Made by a program: the position numbers and the translations under genes
The notes under the pieces: generated by a model
The model's input: the letters and a program-made list of their open reading frames with translations, nothing else
Told to the model about the DNA's origin: nothing
The model's database searches: none
NCBI RefSeq assembly: GCF_048654605.1
Contig: NZ_JBMCYZ010000006.1
Location: 29,727-61,726, forward strand
DNA from: Nocardioides sp. CPCC 206347
GTDB taxonomy: Bacteria; Actinomycetota; Actinomycetes; Propionibacteriales; Nocardioidaceae
Length of the DNA: 32,000 nucleotides
Direction of reading: 5' to 3'
Part shown: in pieces, positions 18,194-25,656 of the stretch
Layout: each line of letters begins with the position of its first letter
Position numbering within the stretch: the first letter of the stretch is position 1

Positions 18194-19390
18194 ATGAAGA
18201 TCTTCCACATCGGTTCGGACTCGCACTTCGTCGACTACCTCGTCGCCCGGTTCGAGCGCCTGGCCCCGGGAGCCAACGTCCTCGTGCAGGCCACCAGCAG
18301 GGACCCGCGCCCGGTCGAGTTCACCGGCCCGAGCTCCTGGGTGCTGCCGACGTCGGAGAACGTCGACCTCGTCGTCGAGCAGCTCCAGGCCGCCGACGTC
18401 GTCGTCGTGCACGCGATGTCGGACTTCGCCGCCCTCGTGTGTGCGCAGCTGCCGCCCGAGGTGATCGTGGTGTGGAGCGGCTTCGGGTTCGACTACTACC
18501 GGGGCGAGGCGGCCGACGACCTGTACGGCGTGCGGACCCTCAACCTGCTGAAGCGCGTGCATCGCGGCAAGGTGCCGGACCGGTTGGGGCGCCTCGTGGT
18601 GGAAGGGCAGCCCGGCTCCCTGGAGGGAGCCGCACTCGACATGGTGCGGCAGACGGTCGCGCGTCGTACCGACTTCTTCTCGGCCCCGGCCCCACCGGAC
18701 CTCGATGTCTTCACCCGCGCCTTCCCCGGCTTCCGCGGGGAGTATCGCCAGCTCAACTACGGCGACATCGTGTCGATGTGCCGCGCCGGCGATGCCGTGG
18801 CCCGGGGCAACGACATCCTCGTGGGGAACTCGGCGGCGTGGACGAACAACCACCTGGAGACCTTCCGGCGGCTCGCCGACACCGATCTGGGCTCACGCCG
18901 CGTGGTCGTCCCGCTGACCTACGGCGACAACGCCTACCGCGACGGAGTGGTCCGGGGCGGTGAGCGGCTCCTCGGAGAGCACTTCTTCCCGATCGTCGAC
19001 CACCTGCCGATCGAGGAGTACCTCGACATCGTTGCGGGGTGCGGAGTCGCCGTGTTCCTGCACCGGCGCCAACAGGGCCTCGGCAACATCGTCGCCGCGG
19101 TCCAGCAGGGCACGCACGTCTACCTCGACCGCCGCAACCCGCTCTACGCCTGGTTGCGTGAGCTCGGGCTCGACATCCACCGAGCGGCCGAGCTCCAGGA
19201 GGCCCTCCCCGAGGGGCCGGTCGATGCGGCGTCACTGGCGCGGCACCGCGAGGTCCTCGCCGGCTTCTGGGGGACCGACCGGGTGGAGGCCAACCTGGCC
19301 CGGTTCGTGGCAGAGCTGGAGAAGCGGGTCAGCGCTTCCGCACGGCGGGCACGCCGGCAACGAGTGCTCCCGGGGCGACGGAACCGGTGA
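18194..19390 (+). CDS. GT56-family glycosyltransferase (WecF-like 4-acetamido-4,6-dideoxyhexosyl transferase)
   Basis: ATG 18194 within track ORF 17825-19390. Collinear with E. coli WecF as I recall it: MKIFHIGSD...VARF vs VLIHVLGSD...VLRFF; ILVGNSAAWTNNH vs ILVGNSGDRSNEH; VVVPLTYG vs VVVPMGYP; LHRRQQGLGN vs FARQQGIGT; DRRNP vs NRENP. 398 aa. Confidence 0.78.
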   Translation: MKIFHIGSDSHFVDYLVARFERLAPGANVLVQATSRDPRPVEFTGPSSWVLPTSENVDLVVEQLQAADVVVVHAMSDFAALVCAQLPPEVIVVWSGFGFDYYRGEAADDLYGVRTLNLLKRVHRGKVPDRLGRLVVEGQPGSLEGAALDMVRQTVARRTDFFSAPAPPDLDVFTRAFPGFRGEYRQLNYGDIVSMCRAGDAVARGNDILVGNSAAWTNNHLETFRRLADTDLGSRRVVVPLTYGDNAYRDGVVRGGERLLGEHFFPIVDHLPIEEYLDIVAGCGVAVFLHRRQQGLGNIVAAVQQGTHVYLDRRNPLYAWLRELGLDIHRAAELQEALPEGPVDAASLARHREVLAGFWGTDRVEANLARFVAELEKRVSASARRARRQRVLPGRRNR

Positions 19391-19964
19391 CGACGGCCCC
19401 GGCTGCCACCACGGCGCCGGCGCCGATGACCAGCCGCTCCGTCGTGGTTCCGTTGATGACCGTGGCCCCGGTCCCGAGGAACGCGCCACGTTCGATGGTG
19501 ACGTGCCCGGCGACGTGCACCCCGGGCGAGAGGGTCACGTAGTCCTCGAGGACGGCGTCGTGGCTGACGGTGCAGCCGACGTTGACGTGGACGTGCCGGC
19601 CGAGGGTGATGTCGGTGGTCAGGACGCTGCCCGCGGCCACCACGCTCCCGGGTCCGAACTGCACCCGATCGGGTGCGTGCTCGACGCGTGGATGGACCAG
19701 CGTGGTCGCCACCAGGCCGGCCCGATCGCACGCCTGCGCAGCCCGCTCGCGTGCCGCAGGATCGCCGATCGCGGCGACGTAGAGCCCGCCGGCGGTGGCA
19801 TCGGCCAGGAGCCGGACGGGATGGCCGTGCACCGGCCCGTCCAGGTGGCTCTCGTCGTCGACCAGGTAGACGAGGGACAGGTCGTCACCGTGCACCTCGC
19901 GGGCCAGCCAGGCCAGCTCGCGGCCGTGTCCCCCCGCGCCGAAGAGGTGGAGGAGGCGGGTCAT
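19329..19964 (-). CDS. NeuD/PglB/VioB-family left-handed beta-helix sugar N-acetyltransferase
   Basis: ATG 19964 overlaps the upstream stop (ATGA). N-terminal Rossmann-like LLHLFGAGGHGRELAWL, followed by hexapeptide repeats (...GSVLTTDITLGRHVHVNVGCTVSHDAVLEDYVTLSPGVHVAGHVTIERGAFLGTGATVI...). 211 aa. Confidence 0.82.
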   Translation of the reverse strand: MTRLLHLFGAGGHGRELAWLAREVHGDDLSLVYLVDDESHLDGPVHGHPVRLLADATAGGLYVAAIGDPAARERAAQACDRAGLVATTLVHPRVEHAPDRVQFGPGSVVAAGSVLTTDITLGRHVHVNVGCTVSHDAVLEDYVTLSPGVHVAGHVTIERGAFLGTGATVINGTTTERLVIGAGAVVAAGAVVTGSVAPGALVAGVPAVRKR

Positions 19965-21085
19965 CGGCCGACCTGCGCCCGGATCAGGCCGGTGATCACT
20001 TCGATGTCGGCGACGCTCACCGCGCTGCCGGTCGGCAGGACGACGACCTCGCCGGCCACCTGTTCGGTGACGGGCAACGTTGCGCCGGCGTCGGGATCGA
20101 GGTCGCGATACGGCGCCATGTTGTGGCACCCGGGCCAGAAGTAGCGCCGGGCAAGGACGTTCTCGGCCTGCAGGGCCTCGACCAGGGCGTCGCGCGAGGT
20201 CCCGGCGCCCTCACGCACCTGGAGCACGACGTACTGGAAGTTGTTCGCCTCGGCGGGGTCGAACGACATCAGGTCCAGGCCGGGTACGCCGGCCAGCCCG
20301 GCGGCGTACGCCTCGTGGTTGCGCCGGTTGACGGCGATCGTCGCGTCCAGCATCTCGAGGTTGGTCAGGCCCATCGCTGCGCAGACCTCGATCATCTTCC
20401 CGTTGGTGCCGGGATGGATGACGTTGTCGTACCCGGCGAACCCGAAGTTGCGCATCAGGCGGGCCTTCTCGGCGATCTCGTCGTCATCCGTCATCACCGC
20501 CCCGCCCTCGAAGCTGTTGAAGAACTTCGTGGCGTGGAAGCTGAAGACCTCGGCGCGGCCGAACCCGCCGATCATCCGGCCCTGGTGGGTGCACGCGAAG
20601 GCGTGGGCCGCGTCGAACATCAAGGAGAGGCCGTGCTCGTCGGCGATGGCCTGGAGCTCGTCGACCGCTGCGGGCTGGCCCCACAGGTGCACGCCGATGA
20701 TCCCGGTGGTGCGCGGGGTGATCGCGCGTCGTACTGCCTCGGGGTCCAGGGTGTGGGTCCGTGGGTCGATGTCGGCGAAGACGGGGGTGACGCCCTGCCA
20801 GTGCAGGGCGTGGGCAGTGGCGACGAAGGTGTACGACGGCACGATGACCTCACCCTCCAGCCCGAGCGCGCGGATGGCGATCTCGAGGGCGATGGTGCCG
20901 TTGCAGGTCGCGACGCAGTGCCTGACGCCGGCCATCTCGGCCAGTCGCGCCTCGAGCTCTCGGACCACGGGGCCGTCGTTGGAGAACCAGCCGCGGTCGA
21001 AGATCTCCCCGACCCGGGTCAAGAACGCCTCGCGATCGCCCATGTTGGGCCGGCCGACATGGCGGGGTTCCTCAAACACAGGCAC
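19961..21085 (-). CDS. DegT/DnrJ/EryC1/StrS-family PLP sugar aminotransferase (nucleotide-4-keto-6-deoxyhexose type)
   Basis: 374-aa ORF with GTG start 21085. PLP-lysine context EVFSFHATKFFNSFEGG, plus RNFGF. Translationally coupled to the acetyltransferase. Confidence 0.9.
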   Translation of the reverse strand: MPVFEEPRHVGRPNMGDREAFLTRVGEIFDRGWFSNDGPVVRELEARLAEMAGVRHCVATCNGTIALEIAIRALGLEGEVIVPSYTFVATAHALHWQGVTPVFADIDPRTHTLDPEAVRRAITPRTTGIIGVHLWGQPAAVDELQAIADEHGLSLMFDAAHAFACTHQGRMIGGFGRAEVFSFHATKFFNSFEGGAVMTDDDEIAEKARLMRNFGFAGYDNVIHPGTNGKMIEVCAAMGLTNLEMLDATIAVNRRNHEAYAAGLAGVPGLDLMSFDPAEANNFQYVVLQVREGAGTSRDALVEALQAENVLARRYFWPGCHNMAPYRDLDPDAGATLPVTEQVAGEVVVLPTGSAVSVADIEVITGLIRAQVGR

Positions 21086-21091
21086 GCGGCG

Positions 21092-21109
21092 ACTCTACTG
21101 AACTACTCT
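21092..21109. promoter_or_regulatory. Back-to-back -10-like hexamers in a 32-bp divergent intergenic region
   Basis: Minus strand: TAGAGT (21097->21092), 6 nt before GTG 21085. Plus strand: TACTCT (21104-21109), 8 nt before ATG 21118. No SD on either side. Confidence 0.35.
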
Positions 21110-21117
21110 GTCCGCTC

Positions 21118-22413
21118 ATGCGCGTGCTCCAGGCGCCGGTGAACATCGCCAATCAGCCATGGCTGATGGCCCAGGGACTTCGTCAGGCCGGACACGAGGT
21201 CGAGGTGTGGCAATTCAGGGAGCATCCCTTCGGCTACCCGGTCGACCGGACCGTCGACGTGACGCCGGGCCCGGCGTCGATCATCCGGGCCTTCCTGGAG
21301 GCGGTCGAGCAGGACTTCGACGTCGTGCACTTCCACTACGCGAGCTCGCTGGTGCCCCAACGTGAGTTCCTGCCCTGGTTCTGGGACCTGCCGGTGTGGC
21401 GGTCGCTCGGTGTGACGGTCGTCTTCACCTTCCACGGGTCGGACGCGCGCCTGCGCAGCCATCACGTCGATGATGACCCGTGGAGCTACTACCGGTTCGC
21501 CGACGTGCCGTGCGACGAGGAGCTGATCGCCACCCGGCTGTCGGTCATCCGCCGGTACGCCTCGCACATGACCGTGGGCAGTGTGCTCGACCTTCCGTAC
21601 GTCGACGAGGGCGTGTACGTCCCCAAGATCGTCGACACCGACAGCATCCGGGTCGGTCCGGTCGCCGACCGCCCGCGAGCGGTCATCGCCCACGCACCGA
21701 GCCGCCGGTCGACCAAGGGCACCGACATCGTGCTGGCGGCCCTCGACACCCTGCGCGAGGAGGGCTTGCCGTTCGACGTCGACCTGATCGAGGGCGTCAG
21801 CAACGCCGAGGCCCTCGAGCGCATGGGCCGCGCCGACATCGTGGTCGAGAAGCTCCTGGGAGGCGATGCGGGGGTGACCTCCCTCGAGGCGATGGCGCTC
21901 GGCCGGGTGGCCGTCGCGCGGATCCGCGACCAGGTGCGCGAGCAGCACCCTGCCATGCCCGTCGTCTCGGCCACTCCGGAGACGTTCCTGGAGGTCATGC
22001 GCGGCCTGCTCACCGACCCGGAGCGGCGGGCACGCCTGGGCCGGGAGGGTCGCGAGTACGTCGAGCGCGAGCATGCACCGGCCGTTGTCGGTCGCATCCT
22101 GGAAGAGCTCTACCGGTCGCCGGGTCGCCCGGGCCTCCCGGCTTACCCGGGCTGGACCGTTCCGCCCAGCGAGGCTGCCCTGGAGAACCTGCGCATCAGC
22201 CTCGAGAAGGAGCGAGCCGAGCGGCTCCGACTGCGCCGTCGTACCCGCACCCTGCGGGAGCAGGTCGCCGTCGCCCGCCGCGAGCTGGACGAGGCGCAGC
22301 GAGAGATCGCGACGATCAGGTCGACACCACCCAGCCCCGGACAGTGGTTGCGATGGGTCGGGAGACGCCTGAAGGCAAGGCTCCTGCGGTTGCGGCAGAG
22401 GCCGGCTGCATAA
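21118..22413 (+). CDS. GT-B glycosyltransferase (GT1/GT4-like) with ~97-aa C-terminal coiled-coil/basic tail
   Basis: 431-aa ORF. C-terminal Rossmann half with HAPSRRSTKGTD...VVEKLLGGDAGVTSLEAMALGRVAV (E-x7-E-like). Tail: LENLRISLEKERAERLRLRRRTRTLREQVAVARRELDEAQREIATI... Confidence 0.72.
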   Translation: MRVLQAPVNIANQPWLMAQGLRQAGHEVEVWQFREHPFGYPVDRTVDVTPGPASIIRAFLEAVEQDFDVVHFHYASSLVPQREFLPWFWDLPVWRSLGVTVVFTFHGSDARLRSHHVDDDPWSYYRFADVPCDEELIATRLSVIRRYASHMTVGSVLDLPYVDEGVYVPKIVDTDSIRVGPVADRPRAVIAHAPSRRSTKGTDIVLAALDTLREEGLPFDVDLIEGVSNAEALERMGRADIVVEKLLGGDAGVTSLEAMALGRVAVARIRDQVREQHPAMPVVSATPETFLEVMRGLLTDPERRARLGREGREYVEREHAPAVVGRILEELYRSPGRPGLPAYPGWTVPPSEAALENLRISLEKERAERLRLRRRTRTLREQVAVARRELDEAQREIATIRSTPPSPGQWLRWVGRRLKARLLRLRQRPAA

Positions 22414-22423
22414 GATCCCTCCG

Positions 22424-23506
22424 GTGACCTTGAGCGAGACGGATGTTCGCCCGCCCCCGGCCCATCGGTGGGACTACGACGTCCTGCGCATCGTGGCGAT
22501 CCTCGGCGTCGTCGCCATCCACGTCTTCGGCCTGATCCTGGGCCGACCCGACCTGCGTGGCACGGACACCTGGAACTTCGCGGTGATCCTCGCCATCGGC
22601 AGCAACTGGTGCGTCCCGATCTTCGTGATGGTGAGCGGCGCCCTGCTGCTCGCGCCGAAGGCCCATGCCGCCGGCCCCGGAACCTTCCTGAGGAAGCGGG
22701 CGGTGCGCCTGCTGCCCGCCGTGGTCGTGTGGCACCTGGTCTATCTCGTGGTCGTCCGCGACTGGATCCTGCGCGCGGATCTGGTCCCGGGGACCGTCGC
22801 GGTGAACTTCATCGACGGCAAGGTCTACACGGCGCTGTACTTCCTGTGGCTGATCCTGGGCCTGTACGTCGTCGCCCCCGTGATCGCGGCCTTCCTGCGC
22901 GAGGGGGACGCGCGTCGCGCGCAGGTCACCGCCGTCGTGGCCTGCCTGTGGGGTGCGGCGCTGCTGGTGCTGCCGCTGGTCGCGACCCAGCTGGGCTTCC
23001 CGCGCACCCGCACCGACACGGCGATCACGATGTGGATCCCGTACGTCGGACTCTTCGTCGCCGGGTACGCCTGGCGGGAGCCGCGGGCCGAGGGCCGCCG
23101 CTGGCTCTGGGCCGGCGGGACCGCGGTCGCCCTGGTCGCGCTCGACATCTGGTTGTTCAACGTCGCTCCCGACTTCGTCTGGCTGCGCACGCTGCTGCCG
23201 GTGCACTACGTCTCGCTTCCGACGGTGGGGGCCGCGATCGCCATCTACCTGTGCGTGATCGACCTCTGCGCGCGGCTGCGGCCGAAGGAGCGGGTGCTGA
23301 AGGTCATCGGAGCGCTCGGCAGCGCAACCTTCGGGGTGTTCCTGGTGCACCTGCTGCTCGTCGCGGTGGTCCGCCGCTGGTGGCCGGACCTGTACGCCGA
23401 CCCGGCCCCGGTCGCCAAGCTCGCGCTCTACGCCCTGGTGGTCGCCGCGTCGTTCGCGATCAGCGTGGCCGCGGCACGCGTGCCCTGGCTGCGCCGGATC
23501 TTCTGA
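22424..23506 (+). CDS. Acyltransferase family 3 (AT3) membrane O-acyltransferase
   Basis: 360-aa ORF with GTG start. AT3 N-terminal signature WDYDVLRIVAILGVVAIHVF. About 10 TM segments. Confidence 0.8.
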   Translation: MTLSETDVRPPPAHRWDYDVLRIVAILGVVAIHVFGLILGRPDLRGTDTWNFAVILAIGSNWCVPIFVMVSGALLLAPKAHAAGPGTFLRKRAVRLLPAVVVWHLVYLVVVRDWILRADLVPGTVAVNFIDGKVYTALYFLWLILGLYVVAPVIAAFLREGDARRAQVTAVVACLWGAALLVLPLVATQLGFPRTRTDTAITMWIPYVGLFVAGYAWREPRAEGRRWLWAGGTAVALVALDIWLFNVAPDFVWLRTLLPVHYVSLPTVGAAIAIYLCVIDLCARLRPKERVLKVIGALGSATFGVFLVHLLLVAVVRRWWPDLYADPAPVAKLALYALVVAASFAISVAAARVPWLRRIF

Positions 23507-23515
23507 GTACGGCGG

Positions 23516-25654
23516 TCAGGGCTTCCCCGCGGACGCGAGGTGCTCGCTGACCAGCGGCACCAGCTCGTTGGCGAGGTCCGGTGCCAGCACCTTCACCCAC
23601 GTCGCGGTGATGTGCGATCCCTGGCGGTAGGTGAGCACGTTGCGGATCACTGCCCTGCAGACGCCGTCGGGGCACACCAACGGGTTCATGTCGATGAACG
23701 CGGCACCCTTGACCTGCCCGGCCGCTTCCTTCATGGCGAGGTTGCTGCTCGACTCCGCATACGGCCAGGAGCAGTCGTCCCCTGCGGTGGCCGCGTCGTG
23801 CTCGGCCACGCATTCGTACGCGTTCGCGCCGATCTCCGGTGACGGACTCGGGGTGTCGGACAGGGCGATCACCCGGGTGCCCTGGTCGGTGAGCTGCTGC
23901 CAGTAGCTGACGTACCCGGCGACCAGGCCCTCGAGGGTCTCCTCGCCGTCGGCATCGGCCGCAGCCTTGCGCAGGCCGGTCGTGATCATCACCTGCGGCC
24001 GGTCCTTGCCCTTCGCCTCGACCAGGCGCCGGAACACCTCCTGGCCCCACTCGCGGCACTCGGGGAAGGGTTCACCGGCGACGAACGTCATCGTGTCGGT
24101 GAACGTGCAGCCGCCCTTGGTGTAGATCCGCACCCGCCAGTGGTTCGCCTCGGCGATGGCATCGATCGCCGGCATCCACTGGGCGACCTTGGAGTCGCCG
24201 ACGACGACCACCAGGGGACCGCCGGCAGGGTCGCCGCTGTCGCACGCCTTCACGCCGGTGTCGTAGACCTCGACGGCGCAGCCCTTCTCGTACAGGGCGG
24301 GGGAGTCGAGGACCGCGTCCACCGGGTCCGGGGTGATCACGTCGAACAGTGGTGTGGTGTCGGCGGACGGCGGGCTGGTCTCCTGGCCGCGCAGCTGCTC
24401 GGGGACCAGCTGGATGCCGGCGCCGCCGATCCCGCTGGCGGTGCCTCGTGACTGCAACACGGCGCCCTGGAGCACCAGGCCGGCCACCGCGGCGACCAGG
24501 GTGCAGTTCAGGCCGATGGACAGGGCCAGGCGGGGCGAGGCCGCGATCGCCTTCGAGTGCCGCACGGGGCTCTCGACGAAGCGGTACGACAGCCACGCCG
24601 GCACGACGGACAGCAGGACGACCATGAGGCCCTGGGCCGCGGAGAGCTCACCCCACTGCCACGTGGCCATCCGCAGGGCCGGCCAGTGCCACAGGTAGAG
24701 CGAGTACGACAGCCCGCCCACCCAGACGAACAGCGGGTTGCCGAGCAGGCGACCCACGCCGGTGTGCCCGGCGGAGAAGCCGCCGATAATGACGGCCGCG
24801 GTGCCCAGCGTTGGCACCAGGGCGCCGGGGGCGGGCCATGCGGTCTGCGTGGACTGCAGCATCAGGCCGGTTCCGAGGACGGCGAGTCCGGCCAGCACGA
24901 GTGCCTGCCCGGCTCGGTGTGACAACCGGTTCCACTGGGTCGCGCCGAGCGCCACGAGTGCGCCGATGCCGAGCTCCCACAGGCGCGTCGGCGTGACGAA
25001 GAAGGCCTGGGAGGGACGCTCGGCGGTGAGCCAGAAGGCGCAGAGGAGCGAGGGGATGACGATGACGAGCGTCAGCCCGATCGCCAGGATCGCCCGTCGT
25101 GGCGGGGTCGTGTCGTCGTGGCGTCGTCGCTTTCCGCCCACCCACAGCAGGCCCAGCAGCACGAGCGGCCAGATGAAGTAGAACTGCTCCTCCACCGCCA
25201 GGGACCAGAAGTGCAGGACCGGGGAGGGCGCGACGTCCTCGGCCATGTAGTCGACGGACCGGGCCGAGAACACCCAGTTCACGACGTAGGTCGCGGCGCC
25301 GATGATGTCGGTGGAGATGGCCTGCCACTGGACGCGCGAGACGCTGAGCCACGACATCAGCGTGGTGACGACGAGGACCACCGCCGCGGCGGGCAGCAGG
25401 CGTCGTGCGCGGCGCGCGTAGAAGCCGGGGAGGCTGATCCGGCCGGTGCGCTCCAGCTCCCGCAGCAGCTGGGCGGTGATCACGAAACCGGACACGACGA
25501 AGAAGATGTCGACCCCGGCGAAGCCTCCGCCGGGGATGGCCAGCCCGGCGTGGTGCAACAGGACGACCGACACGGCGACCGCGCGCAGTCCCTCGATGTC
25601 GGGACGGAACTGCGAGGCTCCGGGACGTTCGTCCGGGGTCCGGTGGGAATTCAC
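23516..25654 (-). CDS. AT3-SGNH fusion acyltransferase (OatA-like architecture)
   Basis: Track ORF 23516-25729. I prefer GTG 25654, 2 nt after the upstream stop, over 25729. AT3 signature FRPDIEGLRAVAVSVVLLHHAG..GGFAGVDIFFVVSGFVIT. About 10 TM segments, then an extracytoplasmic domain with an SGNH block-I-like motif VVVVGDSKVAQW. Confidence 0.8.
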   Translation of the reverse strand: MNSHRTPDERPGASQFRPDIEGLRAVAVSVVLLHHAGLAIPGGGFAGVDIFFVVSGFVITAQLLRELERTGRISLPGFYARRARRLLPAAAVVLVVTTLMSWLSVSRVQWQAISTDIIGAATYVVNWVFSARSVDYMAEDVAPSPVLHFWSLAVEEQFYFIWPLVLLGLLWVGGKRRRHDDTTPPRRAILAIGLTLVIVIPSLLCAFWLTAERPSQAFFVTPTRLWELGIGALVALGATQWNRLSHRAGQALVLAGLAVLGTGLMLQSTQTAWPAPGALVPTLGTAAVIIGGFSAGHTGVGRLLGNPLFVWVGGLSYSLYLWHWPALRMATWQWGELSAAQGLMVVLLSVVPAWLSYRFVESPVRHSKAIAASPRLALSIGLNCTLVAAVAGLVLQGAVLQSRGTASGIGGAGIQLVPEQLRGQETSPPSADTTPLFDVITPDPVDAVLDSPALYEKGCAVEVYDTGVKACDSGDPAGGPLVVVVGDSKVAQWMPAIDAIAEANHWRVRIYTKGGCTFTDTMTFVAGEPFPECREWGQEVFRRLVEAKGKDRPQVMITTGLRKAAADADGEETLEGLVAGYVSYWQQLTDQGTRVIALSDTPSPSPEIGANAYECVAEHDAATAGDDCSWPYAESSSNLAMKEAAGQVKGAAFIDMNPLVCPDGVCRAVIRNVLTYRQGSHITATWVKVLAPDLANELVPLVSEHLASAGKP

Positions 25655-25656
25655 GG

